A stretch of DNA of 64,000 nt from Lobosporangium transversale (Eukaryota), in the NCBI RefSeq assembly GCF_002105155.1, contig NW_019029021.1, positions 248,001 through 312,000 of the forward strand, given 5' to 3'. Shown here in pieces: positions 23,642-36,876 of the stretch. The notes under the pieces are model-generated. The model ran no database searches, was not told the DNA's origin, and saw only the letters and a program-made list of their open reading frames with translations. A program made the position numbers and the translations under genes. The first letter of the stretch is position 1, and every line of letters starts with the position of its first letter.

Positions 23642-25252
23642 CTAACTCGAGTTGCCAGTAGCGCCAGTAGTAGTGTCAACATTGTAAGTAACATGATTTA
23701 GACTTAGTTTCTTCAGTTTTGGCAATCTGCGAATTTGTTCAAACAGTCTTTGCTTTGTCAAAGACCCGTTGCGGAATCCTGCGCCACCTGCAGTGATCGC
23801 GCTCGCTGCAGTACCTGATCCGCCACGGCTACTGGGACTACCATCTATAGGCAGATGCATAGGTCCAGTCATAGTGGGCATCGTCATGGACCTTGGGGTA
23901 GAGGCCAACTGCCAGTGGTACGGCTGCAATGGTGGCGCTTGAGGGCCATGAACGGGTGTTGCGGGATCCATAGCCATGGTCACATCTGTCAGCTCCAATG
24001 TTTCTAGATCCACACATGCCCAAGGCTCAGTCAATAGTTGTAGGGTCTCGTTTCGCCCCAAGGCATGAGGACTGAAGGACAGAGAAAGGTTCCTGAGCTG
24101 GTTACAATGCCTCAAGAGCTTACAAATATTGGCTGTATCCTTCATGGGGGTATCTCGACGAGCATTGAACCGTAGACTGAGTGAGGTCAACGTCGAGGAC
24201 TGCATGATCAGAGCAGAAGATAGAGCGTCATCTAACCAAGGGATATCGATCTTGAGTGATTGAAGGTTTTGAGCAGAGAGGACCAGATCTGCGTACTCGA
24301 CATCTGTCATGTAATCGTAGCCGCGTAAAGAGGATGAGAACCGTAGCACATACTCGATCGAGGAGAGTCGGGGACAGTACCTGCGGAGAATGGGGGTCAG
24401 AGTCCGAGCATCCTCACCGCTCTCAGAGTAGAGTGTAAAGTTGACCAGGTTGAGGCATGATCGGATCAAGTCTACAAAAGCCCCTTCTTTGAATACACTT
24501 ATATCCAACCTCAGATCAGTTACACCATTCCCTATCGGATAATAATGCTGAGGAGATCCTGCGAATGAAGAGGGCAGAAGTGATGATGAGGACAGGGGTG
24601 ACCATGGAGGCGAAGACGAGGTTGAGGAGGAGGGGGAAGAAACACTGGAGAAGGATGGATCAAATGGTGCGGGATCGGTCCAGTCAATGGCTGTCAAGCT
24701 CAACAGCTTTAGACGCTTGCAGGCACTCAGGAACTGGACAAATGTCCGGCCGGAGAGGGTCCAATGAGAGAGCTGGAGTTCCTCCAGTGTGTTGGACATC
24801 CTCATTAACAGACCGTAGTCCGGAGTAGGTAATACTGTATTGAGAACGGGCGACGTGGAGGAGGAGCCTTTCCAGACCAAGTTTTCTAATGATTCGGCAT
24901 TGGCCTCGATCAAGGGCTGGAGCGATTGATCCCACCATGAAATGGCAAGGGCCTTCAGGTGTCTACACTCGAATGGACCGGAGAAGGAGCGGTCGTAGAA
25001 GAAGACGCGAAAATAGCGACTGTTCTTGGTGATGACCTGTTTGGGAATCGATCGCATCACAAACCCGTCATAGACATACCAGAGCACAGGCAATAGGGCT
25101 TCGCGCCAGGTCTTGTTGACGAGTGTACACCGAAGGAGGATCGTAGGATTAAAGTCGTAAAAACCTAGACGATCACTGTATTTCCAACGAGGGAGACAAA
25201 GTCCTACCAAGGTAATGATTTCTGGCATATCCAAAGGGTGGATCCTTTTCAT
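23642..25252 (-). CDS. F-box-like/LRR (RNI-like) protein
   Basis: Intronless 536-aa ORF. N-terminal HPLDMPEIITLVG...LLRCTLVNKTW..LW F-box-like motif, LxxLxL repeats, C-terminal W.C..LETLEL and L.KLKKLSL. Confidence 0.8.
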   Translation of the reverse strand: MKRIHPLDMPEIITLVGLCLPRWKYSDRLGFYDFNPTILLRCTLVNKTWREALLPVLWYVYDGFVMRSIPKQVITKNSRYFRVFFYDRSFSGPFECRHLKALAISWWDQSLQPLIEANAESLENLVWKGSSSTSPVLNTVLPTPDYGLLMRMSNTLEELQLSHWTLSGRTFVQFLSACKRLKLLSLTAIDWTDPAPFDPSFSSVSSPSSSTSSSPPWSPLSSSSLLPSSFAGSPQHYYPIGNGVTDLRLDISVFKEGAFVDLIRSCLNLVNFTLYSESGEDARTLTPILRRYCPRLSSIEYVLRFSSSLRGYDYMTDVEYADLVLSAQNLQSLKIDIPWLDDALSSALIMQSSTLTSLSLRFNARRDTPMKDTANICKLLRHCNQLRNLSLSFSPHALGRNETLQLLTEPWACVDLETLELTDVTMAMDPATPVHGPQAPPLQPYHWQLASTPRSMTMPTMTGPMHLPIDGSPSSRGGSGTAASAITAGGAGFRNGSLTKQRLFEQIRRLPKLKKLSLNHVTYNVDTTTGATGNSS

Positions 25253-25743
25253 CTTGGTAGTACCCGATGATAAAGAAGGCTGGCTAATGTGTCATGATGA
25301 AGAGAAGAAGAGGAGTTGATGAAGAGTCAATTGGAAGGGAGACAAGAATACTAGACTTGCATCTGATGGAGCATAAAGCAACCTGTTCTTGGATGGCAGC
25401 ATCCGTACCTGAATTGATTGTACATAGTGTTAAGGAAAGGAGAAGGGTAATAGATTGATTTCAATAGATGTATATAAAAAAAAAAAAAGCGCGAATACTG
25501 AATAAATGCAATTAGGGCTAAGCTTAGTAATGGAATGGTATAAGACAAAAAAAAAAAATCAGCAGAGACGTGGTGTATAGAAGGAGGAAAGGAAAAAGCG
25601 TTTGGAGGAAAGCAGTAATAAAGTAAAAAGGAAAAGAGAAGGAAAAAGGATGATGCTTTCTTGACGTTTTCTTAATGCGAATAACAAAAAAGTAACTGAA
25701 CGTGAGTTGGGAAACCCTGGGTTATTTTATAGCTTTTTTTTCT

Positions 25744-25875
25744 TTATTATTATTATTATCATTAGTATTAATATTAGTTATTGTTATTATTACTATTACT
25801 ATTACTATTTATTGGATATACACTATTATCATTTTAGTTATTGTTACTATATAAGTAAAATTAGGATTATTTAAT
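25744..25875. repeat. Degenerate (TAT/TTA)n microsatellite
   Basis: Long imperfect ttattattattatc...tactattactattact run. Confidence 0.7.
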
Positions 25876-26664
25876 ATTAATATCAAAGAAAGATATTTTA
25901 TGTCAATGTCAGGTAATAGGAAAAAGCGCAGAAGTGGATAGAATAATAATAATGATAATGATAAAAAAAAAAAAAGGCGGCGTGCGTTTTATTATATGAT
26001 TATGAATAATTGACCTGTGCATGTTTCTTTATTTCTCTACCCTTGCTCACTTTCATTCTAATGACTCAAGGTGAATCGAGTCAACGGAAAAAAAAAAAAA
26101 AAAAAAAAAAGAATGGCATGAATGAGAAAGTGATGGCGAAAACAACATTCCTTGGCGGATGAAAGCATAAAAAAGTTAAAAAGTGAAGGCCTTGATATGA
26201 CTGGGCTAGAAGAAGAAAAAGGAAACAGCCAGAGTTATTCATTCATATTCATTCAATTATAATAAAATAAGGTCGATTAAAAATAAAAAATAAAAAATAA
26301 AAAATAAAAAATAAAAACAAAACAAAAACACAAAAGGCGTCTTATTCTAAAATGACAAAATAAGATGTACAACATAGCAAAAATAAAAAATAAAAAAGTT
26401 AAATGTTGCTTCCACACCGCAGCCAAGGTCTGGCGCTTTACTGACATCAAGCCCAAAGATGAGTGAAAGTATTACACATAAGATGTTTAAGCATCCCTAA
26501 TTGCCCCCTTACCAATGCTTAGCGATCATCTGCTTCGCAGCCATTTCGCCGCACTCGGATACTTTGGGCCTGCCATCCCTCAATCCTGTTTGTCTTGGCT
26601 TTTTCTTTTTCCGATCATGAAAGCCCTCAACGGTCTTTTTTTACCCCATCTTGTTCGCGCCGTC

Positions 26665-26697
<33 letters not shown>

Positions 26698-27451
26698 ACA
26701 ATAGAAAAAAAGCTCCACCCTTGCTGGCTGTGTGTGTCTATCAGGTGCTAATTGCTTTTTTATCCGAAAAAAGGCAATCTCGATTGCTAAAAATCGACAT
26801 CATTTCCTCACAGAATAATGCAGCACCTCCTTTCTCCGATATAAGCAAAAGTCGAACGTCTTAAGAGACGGATGTTCTCTTTTATAACCTTGCTGTCTTG
26901 AACTCCGCCGTGAAGTGAAGACTGAATAAACTCCTGAAAGTTCCAAGCTCCTCTTAACCTTTACTGTCAAGCAGAGTTCGGCATAGGGTAACCTTTTTTT
27001 TACAAATATATATTTTATTTTACTTTATTTTTTAAAAAAAAACGAAAAACATATAATGCGCAGTATATATATTTGACGACGATGGTGGTGGATGGTGATG
27101 ACGAAGTCCCCCCTCCCTTCTTTTTTTTCTCGCTTCTTTCTGCAATTGTCGACTGTCCCTCTTCCCTCTTTCCTTACTGTCCTTTATTTGGTCATTTGCC
27201 ACTTTTGTCAATCAGTGGCCAAAGCCAACATTTGGAATAAAGTTTTTCTGCTGTGCCCTGACCTTAGTCTTCGAGTAAAAAAAAACGCATGCACGTGATC
27301 ATGGCTGTCTAACATTTGCCCAAAAGTCGCGTCCGATTGTTCAGATCCTTTCCTCGATTGAAGACATCATTTCCTTGTTGATTGAAAGAACATTCCTCTT
27401 GTTCTCCTCTTTGCAATCCCTTAAATAAAAAAAACTTGATTCTTTACTCCT

Positions 27452-28135
27452 ATGGCACACTGTACTCGTCTCAACACCCTGGCTTTTCGCCCTCAGTATC
27501 TATTGACAAAATCATATCGGATAAAAGTATCGACTTTATACAACTGCAATAGCTCGATTCGATTCTATTCGTCTTCGCCTTCTGCTTCTGCTTCTGCTTC
27601 TGCTTCTACTTCTACTGCATCACCATCAAAGCCGCATTCTATATTTGTGCAGAACCCATCGTTCAAGAGCACGTCTGCTTTGAACCAGTCTCAACATAGT
27701 CCCCACTTTAAAGCCCAAACAACACAGCTGCCAAATATTAAGAATCGCCTACCAATCTATATTCTTGTGGGGATTGTCGGTGCTGGGTTCTGGGCAGGAT
27801 CCATCGCTGTGGCAGCGAACCATCAACGGCAAGGGACTAGCATCGTCCGTGGTACGTTGTTCAATGTAAAGTTTGACAAGAAGGCTCAAGAGTTACTGGG
27901 TGATAACATTGACTTTACAAACAAGAGATGGCCCTGGATTTCTGGAACGGTTGCCCATTTGAAAGGACGGGTCGATATTGAATATCAAGTACGGGGTGAT
28001 AAAGCAGAGGGTCGGATTCATTTTGTAGCCGTGCGACCTGCGAAGCAATGGATCACAACAGACTTTACGCTCACCATGCCAGATGGAACATGTGTCCCTC
28101 TAGGCAAGGATACAGTCTTGCCAGAGATCAACTAG
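27452..28135 (+). CDS. COA1: Cytochrome c oxidase assembly factor Coa1-like
   Basis: Mitochondrial-presequence-like Arg/Ser-rich N-terminus, single TM helix, then AQELLGDNI...WPWISG.V..LKGRVDIEYQVRG.K..G.IHF, the fungal Coa1 signature. Confidence 0.8.
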   Translation: MAHCTRLNTLAFRPQYLLTKSYRIKVSTLYNCNSSIRFYSSSPSASASASASTSTASPSKPHSIFVQNPSFKSTSALNQSQHSPHFKAQTTQLPNIKNRLPIYILVGIVGAGFWAGSIAVAANHQRQGTSIVRGTLFNVKFDKKAQELLGDNIDFTNKRWPWISGTVAHLKGRVDIEYQVRGDKAEGRIHFVAVRPAKQWITTDFTLTMPDGTCVPLGKDTVLPEIN

Positions 28136-28381
28136 AATTTATTATTGTTACTTATTATTACTATTGCTATTATCACGACTGTCACCATTATTGTCCCCAG
28201 GTGTGTAGAACAGAATTAAAAAAAAAAAAAACAGTGTCTTGCTCAAGGAACGGAATTCAAAGTATAAATGTAATTGATATGTGGCTTATTGTCAATGAAG
28301 TAAATAGACTACTTCTCCCCCTCCTTCATGAAGCCATATTCATTTCGTTGACCTCTGGATCCTTTTTCCAAAATTGCATAA

Positions 28382-29318
28382 ATGGCATCTGCATTTCGTT
28401 CACTTTTCACAAATCCCTCTCGCTTTGCCATCAGTACTTCTCATGGTCATGTGCCTGCTGGATTGCCAAATAGGCTGTCCATGAGTAAAACTCATAGCCA
28501 TGGTCCTATTTTTCAAAACTCAAAACTTGCTACCATTGCCCCTGGCCGAATCTTCTTTCGCTCAAAACATATCGACTATACTCAGAAATATGCAGAGAAA
28601 CTGAAGCGCAAGGCACAAGAGTAAATAATAATATATACATATATATTTTTATAGGAAAGAGGTGTCTTTTCTTTTTGTATTCAATTGAATTCAATGGATC
28701 TTCAGTGTTAACCGTGATCTATTTATTATTCTATATAATTCTCTTTTACTGCAATTAAAAAGAGAAGGTGTTGCCACTGTGGAGGAATTGAAGGCAAAAC
28801 TTTTACCAGCCACACAAACTGCTTTTAAGAAGGTACAGCTTCAGGAGTCGAAGCCTTCATCCACTGTCGCTGAATCAGCAGTTGAAAAAAAAGGACAGAT
28901 CAAGAATGCAGAACCTTCTGCGAAGCTACATCCAGCCCCAGAATCAGGAAGTCCGGTAAGATTATCCACCAAAGAATTAGTCGATATCACAAACATTAAA
29001 AAAAAGGTCTGACATTTTTTTTCTTTTGTTCTATAAACTAGTCATTGGATAAGCTTATGAAGCTTGACTTGATTCAAGACTTGGACCCAGAGAGTATCAG
29101 TAAGATCTGGATCCAGAAACATATGGATCAAGAGGACACCATCTCAGCGGCCGTACCTGCTGATACTTACAAGAAGATGCTGAGCCGATCCAAAGAATAT
29201 CCAATGGTAAGAAAACAAAATAAAAACAAAATAAAAACAAAATAAAAAATAAAAAAAATAAAAAAAAAAAAAGATTAGTCAATGTTCAATAGACAACTAA
29301 AGATTTGGGCTTTGACTT

Positions 29319-29351
<33 letters not shown>

Positions 29352-29714
29352 TTCCTATTGCCATTGTCCCATGGTGATGGTGTAGAGTTTTACTTGATGC
29401 AATTTGCATTTCATCAAGTGATCTTTACCTCTTTACTGGAGTACAAAACCCATGGCGAGAATGCAAGGCCATTTTTGACATTGACTCATTATCCAGAATT
29501 AATTGATTCCAAAGGAATCGTCCTCATGAATGGCTCCGTCTCCACGCATCCCCGCGTCCTCACTGTCGACCAAGCCCAGATTTTGATCTTTGGCATGCAG
29601 CAATACTATGTCAGCGATCACAAGGAGAAATACCAATTGTTGCAGGATTTCCATAAACGACCAGATCAATTCTCACATCAAAAACTCATAGACTTGACTG
29701 AAATCTCTGGATAA
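28382..29714 (+). CDS. ATP11: Mitochondrial F1-ATPase assembly chaperone Atp11
   Basis: Exons 28382-28620, 28763-28955, 29042-29206, 29352-29714. Motifs: KYAEKL..KA, LD..MKL..I, YPMFLLPL, FTSLLEYKTHGENARP.LTLTHY.EL...KGIVLMNG. Confidence 0.92.
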
Positions 29715-29843
29715 AAAAAAAAAAAAAAAAAAAAAAGAAATATAAAAATAAATGTGAAAATAAAATAGTGTATTTACAAGTCATTTTATTATGAGACACC
29801 AATTTAAGTAAAAGGATATGAGTGATGGAAGAAAGGAAACAGT

Positions 29844-32115
29844 TTAGTGAAAGTACTTGCGGACAAGAGAAGGAACATGGCCCTCCTTCTTGTAGAATGC
29901 AACAATCTTCTCAACCTTGCTGGCAACAACATCAGGAACAAGGCCAAAGTGCTTGTAAACTTCTTTATAAGGACCTGAGGCACCAAAAGTATCGATACCG
30001 ATGGACTCATGAGCATAGCGATCCCAACCAAAAGTGGTCATGGCCTCAACCGAAACAGTGGGGACACCGTCGATCAAAACTGATGCCCTGTAGTCGTGAG
30101 ATTGCTCATCAAACAAAGTCGTCGAAGGCATAGAGACAACACGGGCTTTGATGCCCTTCTCGGTCAACAACTTGGCAGCATCCACACAGAGTGAGACCTC
30201 TGATCCAGTACCAACAAGAGTCACATCAGCGCCTTCGACTTCTTGGAGAACATATCCTCCATGAAGGGTTTTTTCAACGGAGGAGCCCTCAAGCTGTGGC
30301 AAATCCTGACGAGTCAAGGCCAAGACCGAAGGACGATCTTTGGTAGAAATAGCAAAGAGATAAGCACCCGAGGTTTCGTTACCGTCAGCGGGGCGCAAGT
30401 CGACGAGGTTGGGGGTAGCACGGATCATGGCCATGGTCTCGATGGGCTGATGAGTAGGACCGTCCTCTCCAAGGCCAATGGAGTCATGAGTCATGATATA
30501 AATGACACGGTGTCCAGAGAGAGCAGACAAGCGGACTGCTCCAGAAGCGTAGCTGATAAAGTTGAGGAAAGTGGCGCCAGCAGGGATGATTCCACCATAG
30601 GCATCCAAACCATTCATAATGGCAGACATACCATGTTCACGGACACCATAGCGGAGGTAGCGGCCAGAGTAGTGACCAATGCCAGTATTCTCGGGTTGGA
30701 AATCAACAGCAGTCTTCCAGCGGGTCAAGTTCGATCCAGTCAGATCAGCAGATCCGATCATCAGCTCGGGCAAGAGATCCGCAACCTTATTCAAAACAGC
30801 CTCGGACAATTTACGTGTGGCAACGGGCTTGTCAGCGGGAGTGAAACGAGGAAGAGCACTAGTCCAGTCCTGGGGCAGCTCCTTGTTCAGACGACGCTTT
30901 AGTTGAGCACCGAGCTCTGGGTATTCGGCATTATATTTCTCTAGAAGAGCATCCCATTCCTGGTTGAGGGCGGTGCCTTTGGCAGCCTTGGAATGATAGA
31001 TGTCATAAGTCGACTGAGGGACAACGAAGGACTCCTCGGGATTGAAGCCCATGGCCTTCTTCAACTGAGCGATATCATCAGCCTTGAGGGGTGATCCATG
31101 AACTTTCTCGGTTCCCTGGATCATGGAGCCGAAACCGATGATAGTGCGGATCTTGATGAGAGTGGGTTTGTCTGTGACCTTCTTGGCTTCCTCAATGGCG
31201 TTAGCAATAGCCTCCAAATCGCTATTACCATCGTTGACAACGACAACGTGCCAGCCATAGGCTTCAAAGCGCTTGGCAACATCTTCGGTAAACGAGACTT
31301 CGGTATCACCGTCAATTGAAATGTGGTTGTCATCATAGAGAGCAATAAGCTTGCCCAATTGCAGATGTCTGTTGAGGATTGTTTTTTTTTTTTTTGTTCA
31401 AGTTGTGTTGGGTTGGGGATAAATGATCAAGAGATAAAAGAAAAAATGTTGAGTACTCAATCTACTTATCATGCTTCTTCTGTTGGCTCATAATTTTTTT
31501 TAAAAAAAAAATTCTGCATCTGTGGGGGGCCTTTATCAATTTATCAGTGTATCATTTCCACAACTTACCCGGCGAGGGAAGCAGCCTCACAGGAGACACC
31601 CTCCTGCAAGCAGCCATCACCAGTGATCATGAAAGTGTAGTTGTTAAAGAGTTCAAAGTCAGGCTTGTTAAAGGTGGCAGCCATATGAGCCTCTCCAATG
31701 GCTAAACCAATAGCGTTGGCGAAGCCTTGACCCAAGGGACCCTGGTAAACACAGTCAAGATGAATGTTAGTCATAAGTTCGCAGATCATTCTAACAGGTA
31801 GACTGATCGGTTTATAATTCTAATTTCTTTTTTGTTTGTTTGTTTGTTTAAAGACTTACGGTGGTGACCTCGATACCCTCAGTAATGTGAGACTCGGGAT
31901 GGCCAGGGGTCCTAGAAAAAGATAAAGCCAAAAGAATCGAGATAATGAAACAAAGAGCAAGCGTCAATAACCATTGGTTGGATCATTCTATTGATCAACA
32001 AAACGTGGATCACTAGTGTAAAGCGCATTTAATTTTTTTTTTTTTTTTTTTTTTTTTGCATAAATCGTTTTGCCCCAAGGAATGGAAAGTAATAAGGCAT
32101 AAACCGGAGTTTAGG

Positions 32116-32157
<42 letters not shown>

Positions 32158-32901
32158 AGGGCTGAATATGTATAAATATGATCAAGGTAAAAACCGTTTG
32201 GAAAGATGGAGAAGGATCTGATTTTGGGACTGGCACATCAAAGAAAAACAAATTTATGAATGACACATCGCAAAAAAAATGTATTTTTGTAGGTATTCAG
32301 AGAAAAGAGATTGCAATAACACAAGATAAAATATCAATAAAAGCATGAGGATCATCCTTACTTGCTGTTAAGCTGACGGAAGGCTTTCAAATCATCCATG
32401 GTGACATTGTAGCCCATCAAGTGCAAGAGAATGTACTGCAATGCGCAAGCGTGTCCGTTCGACAAAACGAAACGATCGCGATTGGCCTAACATTTATATA
32501 GTTATGAAAGATTTGATCCGTTAATATATGTTTGCAGATAGTATTCCACCAATACATGAATAAAGCCTTTTTATTTGTTTCCTCGGCCAAATTCCATAAA
32601 CTCACCCATTTGGGATTCTTGGGGTTGTAGTTCATAAAACGCGAGAAAAGCAAGTGAGCCATTGGAGCGCAACCCATGGGAGCACCTAAAGGTTACGAAT
32701 CGGTTTTGCAAACAAGAACAAAATAACAGAATCGGCGCTGTCAGTCATTTCCCCTGTTAAATCATATATGCAAGCTTATCGCGTTCTAATGGCAAATAAA
32801 AAAGTCTTACCGGGGTGACCAGAGTTGCTTTTGAAGACAGTGTCAGCAGCGAGCACACGAATGGTGTTGATGGCATGAATGTCGTCCTGAGTGAAGCTCA
32901 T
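29844..32901 (-). CDS. TKL1: Transketolase
   Basis: Exons 32901-32811, 32685-32606, 32486-32362, 31911-31860, 31741-31569, 31368-29844. Motifs: [59 protein letters not shown]. Confidence 0.97.
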
Positions 32902-33035
32902 GTTAGCAAAGCTTAGTTTTATGTTGTAATGGAAGGGAGGAATGGTAATGACTCAAAAAGAAAAAAAAAGAAGAGAGAGATGATTGAGGTTCCTGCCCCA
33001 TATTATTTATGCTATTCTGACTTTCTGCTGGATCC

Positions 33036-33060
33036 AGGAACAGGAACAGGAACAGGAACA
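33036..33060. repeat. Hexamer tandem repeat (AGGAAC)4 upstream of TKL1
   Basis: caggaacaggaacaggaacaggaaca read directly. Confidence 0.7.
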
Positions 33061-33730
33061 AAGTAAGAATAAGGTATGAGGGGCGTGGCTTGTATCACGT
33101 GAACAACGTCCGTGCAATCTGTTTAATCAGTCAGACTACGCTTAATAAACAAATCAGTTGGACAAAACTAATCATGATTATGTCACTCAAAGCCACGTCC
33201 CTTCAACCTTACTTTACAATGGTATCTATGGCGTTCCACACCTGGGGACATCCGATATCCCGACGAGCTCAGTACAGCAACACGCAACATGGTTCGTCCC
33301 TTCGTCCTACACGAGGGACGCTGTGAGGATTTCATTTATGAAATGGATAATCTAGCCTTTTCATCACTCACACTTGGTTGCACGGTACACAGAGGCCGTA
33401 GAGGTGATTTAGCTCTCTCTTTTAGTTTCTATTCTTTTTTTCTTTCTTTTTCTTATTATGCTTGAGGGTTTAGCACATGTCATCAGGCCGCAAGAACTGT
33501 GAGAAAAAATAAAGTACGAAAAAGTAGAAAGACAGGGCGCAGCAAAGCGAAAATCGTGCTTTTCAATTGGCTATTGCGCGGTACAAATGCAGCACGGAGG
33601 CCGACTCCAGTAAAGCGTGCTTATTAATTCATTATATTTTCATGCACACAGCTATACTGCCAGTTGCGAGAAAAGGGCAAAAACTACTTAGAACCTAGGA
33701 CTAAGTGTTACCCTACTTTTATTTTTATTT

Positions 33731-35192
33731 TTAAATCGCTCCTAAGAACAATAGTTCGACAGCTCTATTCACATTTCCATTTGACGCTAGTAATGCTCGT
33801 ATGTTTTTGGATGCATCCCAGAGCCCCATCTCATTCATCTCTTTTAGCTGTACCTGGTATCGTACTTCCGATGACAATGGTAATAGTTGCTGCCGTTGCT
33901 GCGTAATCGTAGGCGTAGCTATGGATGTTGAACACGCGTAAGAACGATTATCCTTTGTACACCTTGTTCCAGAGTGTGGTTGCGATAAAGGCCTTCCTGA
34001 CATCCGCTGTATCCAAAGATGACCAGAATCGGCTACATCTGATGTTGACTCAAGTGATTGTCTCGTGTTAGAATTATTTGCTGCACCAATCCTACTTCCG
34101 AACATAGTAAATGGGTTGAATAGTGAATGAAACCCCCCTGCTCCCGAGTCTGCGGCTGTATTAGCTGTCATAGTCAAAGTAGATGCGGTAGTTCCTCGTG
34201 CGATGGAAGGAGACATTACAGGCGTTGATGATGCAGTCTTTGCTGATACACTACGGTTGGTAGACCATGCATTATCAAACATCCTACTGAAACCACTACC
34301 ATTTCCACCACTGTTATCACCAAGTTGGGGTTGGGCGCTCGTCTTTGCCATCTGACATAACGTCTCCGGGTTCGAAATGATCTGCTGGAACTGCGGAGAG
34401 CGTAACATCTGTCTGGCCTCGGGCTCAATGGCCCGTAATGCTGGGTTCATAGAGAGCATGGATTCCAAAACCTGTGGGTTCTGAAGCATCGATGACATAT
34501 ATTGAGCAAAATTGGGATCCTCCATCATCTGCGACAAAATTATGGATTCCATACCCTTTATGAGCCCTCCTCCTTCTGCTCCAATCCCGATGTTTGCCAG
34601 TGGGTTAGGTAGCGCGCCTATACCAACTACTGGAGGATCTACAGATGACAGATATTCGATGTTTCAATGTGTGTGTTAGTACTAAACAAAACAAGACCGC
34701 AGGCTTTTTTTTTTATGAACAATATGAATAAATTAATAATTAAGGGCTACTTCACGCGAGCAGGAAAGCCCTCTGTGCATTACCTTGAGCCGTGGGGAGC
34801 ATGGCTTGCGCCATTGAAGGTGTAGATGCAGTGTTTGCATTGGCGCCAGTTATATTAGGCTTAGTCAAAGGAACTGTTAAGGACGCTGATGATGTTACAT
34901 TGGTTGTCACCGTTATCTCGGGCTTTGCTGCTCTCCGAAACATGTGAACAGTGTGTCCTTCTGAAATCTTGTAAGACTCGAGAAGTTCCATGTCCTTGAG
35001 GATCCTACCGGAATAGATCAGCCGGATCTCATCTGTTGATGTTGACGATGCATTAAAATTGCTTTGAGTGAGGGCAGTGATCCTGTGCTTAAGCTCAAGC
35101 ACAGATTCGGACAAGCAAACCGAGACGACAAATTTTTGTTCATTGGGTGCTTTAATGTTGATAGTGATGGGGGTTGAAGAGGCGGAAATCAT
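33731..35192 (-). CDS. Ubiquilin/Dsk2-like protein (UBL-STI1-UBA)
   Basis: Exons 35192-34784 and 34638-33731. UBL RLIYSGRILKD...YKI.EGHTVHM, STI1-like MMEDPNFAQYMSSMLQNPQ, UBA EVRYQVQLKEMNEMG...NIRAL....GNVNRAVELL. Confidence 0.85.
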
Positions 35193-35345
35193 TGTATATT
35201 TTTGACATCCAAAGGTTGGCGTAAGTGGTTCTCCAGAATTGGTACTGAAATTAAAAGGATATAAATGCGAATATTGATGGAAATGAAAAGGCTCTTTAGA
35301 GAGTAGAGAATAAAGCGTAGAAATCTTGCCAATGCTATTAGATTG

Positions 35346-35376
<31 letters not shown>

Positions 35377-35735
35377 CAGCACTGCCGTGTACAATAGAAA
35401 AAAAAAAAGTGGGAGAAAAGACAAAAAATCGTTCAAATGAGCGCACGCAATTATCGCAATGATTGTGACTCTTGAGATTCTATTCTTCCTTCTTTCTTGT
35501 GGGCGAAGACATCCATTAGGAATAGGAAATTAAAGTTGGGAAACACTTGTCTTACTTACGTGGCCACCGTATTTGTCCGATCGATCTTTTACATGCCGAG
35601 CCCAGGCATGCTCTGGTGACACACAAGTTCTTGCTTCATAACTTAATTCAGACCAGAATTATCCAGCATATTTATTTAATAATAAATCACGACATTTGCT
35701 AATCTTTTTTTTTTTATTTTTATTTTTATTTTTTT

Positions 35736-36838
35736 TTAATAATTAACCCAAAAATCCAGTGGCAGAAGTGAACGCATTGCTCGCCAATGGTCTTCAGCGC
35801 CTAATTTTTGCATAGCATTTAGTGTGTTGTTACGATCAAGAATCAGTTCGCCTTTGGAAGCATCGAATGGCGTTGATAGTGGCCAGTCTTGAAAACTTGA
35901 TAAAATCCAGTCACGCATTACACTAGGTCGAAGTGCATGGTCGATATGACCGCCTGCTTTTTGTAATCGTTCCAGTTCTTCTTGAGAAGGAAATGGTGGA
36001 GGAACATATTGATCAAACTCTATAGGGATCTGGGAAGCGAAAAACACCATGTTCTGATAGGCCTCGGGCTCTTCGGGGCTCTCTTTGAAGCCAATCACAT
36101 GCTTGAATGCTGCATGGAGGGTGCGACGGACAGAATTGAGCGCCTGAGATTTGGCAGGGTGTTCAGAACCAACCATGTTCTATGCCAGGTCAATTACAGA
36201 AAAAAATCACATTAGGAAAATAAACAAAAAAAAAAAAAAAAAAAAAAAAAGCTGTGATCGTCTAAAGTGGGTTGGTCAACACTTAAAGCAAAGAAGACCA
36301 GATTGACATGCAAATAAAGAAAGAAAGATAATAGAGGAAAAGGTACTAGCAAACAATGCTTACTAAGGCAAGCACACCATCGGGTTTCATGATTCTTTGA
36401 ATATCATATAGAGCCTCAAGAGAAAACAATTGAGGAGGTACACCACCGCCTGTAAAGACATCATGGATCACGTAATCGTACTCGCCCTCAGGCGCGTCCT
36501 TGATGAATTGTCTGCCATCTTGGATAAAGAGTCGATGCGGTTGTGGCCAGTCGAAATATTGCGTCGCATAATTAGCTACCACAGGATCAATTTCTACTAC
36601 ATCCACAAGTACCCCTTTTTGAATCAACGAACTTGAGGCGATGCCAACTCCCAGACCACTAATCGTAGTTGCAATTATATTGATGTAAATATTGATGTGC
36701 TTTTTATGCGTAACAGGTAGCTTTACTTCTCACCAAATCAAGACATAATTGAATATCGAGAGAAACAACATACATTTGGAGAGCCATTTCTTGCTTGCTC
36801 TTCTCGCGGTTCTTGATCAGCTGGACGGCTATGCGAAG

Positions 36839-36876
<38 letters not shown>

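Noticed and set aside
30243..30902. 219-aa plus-strand ORF
   Set aside because: Antisense shadow of the codon-biased TKL1 exon.
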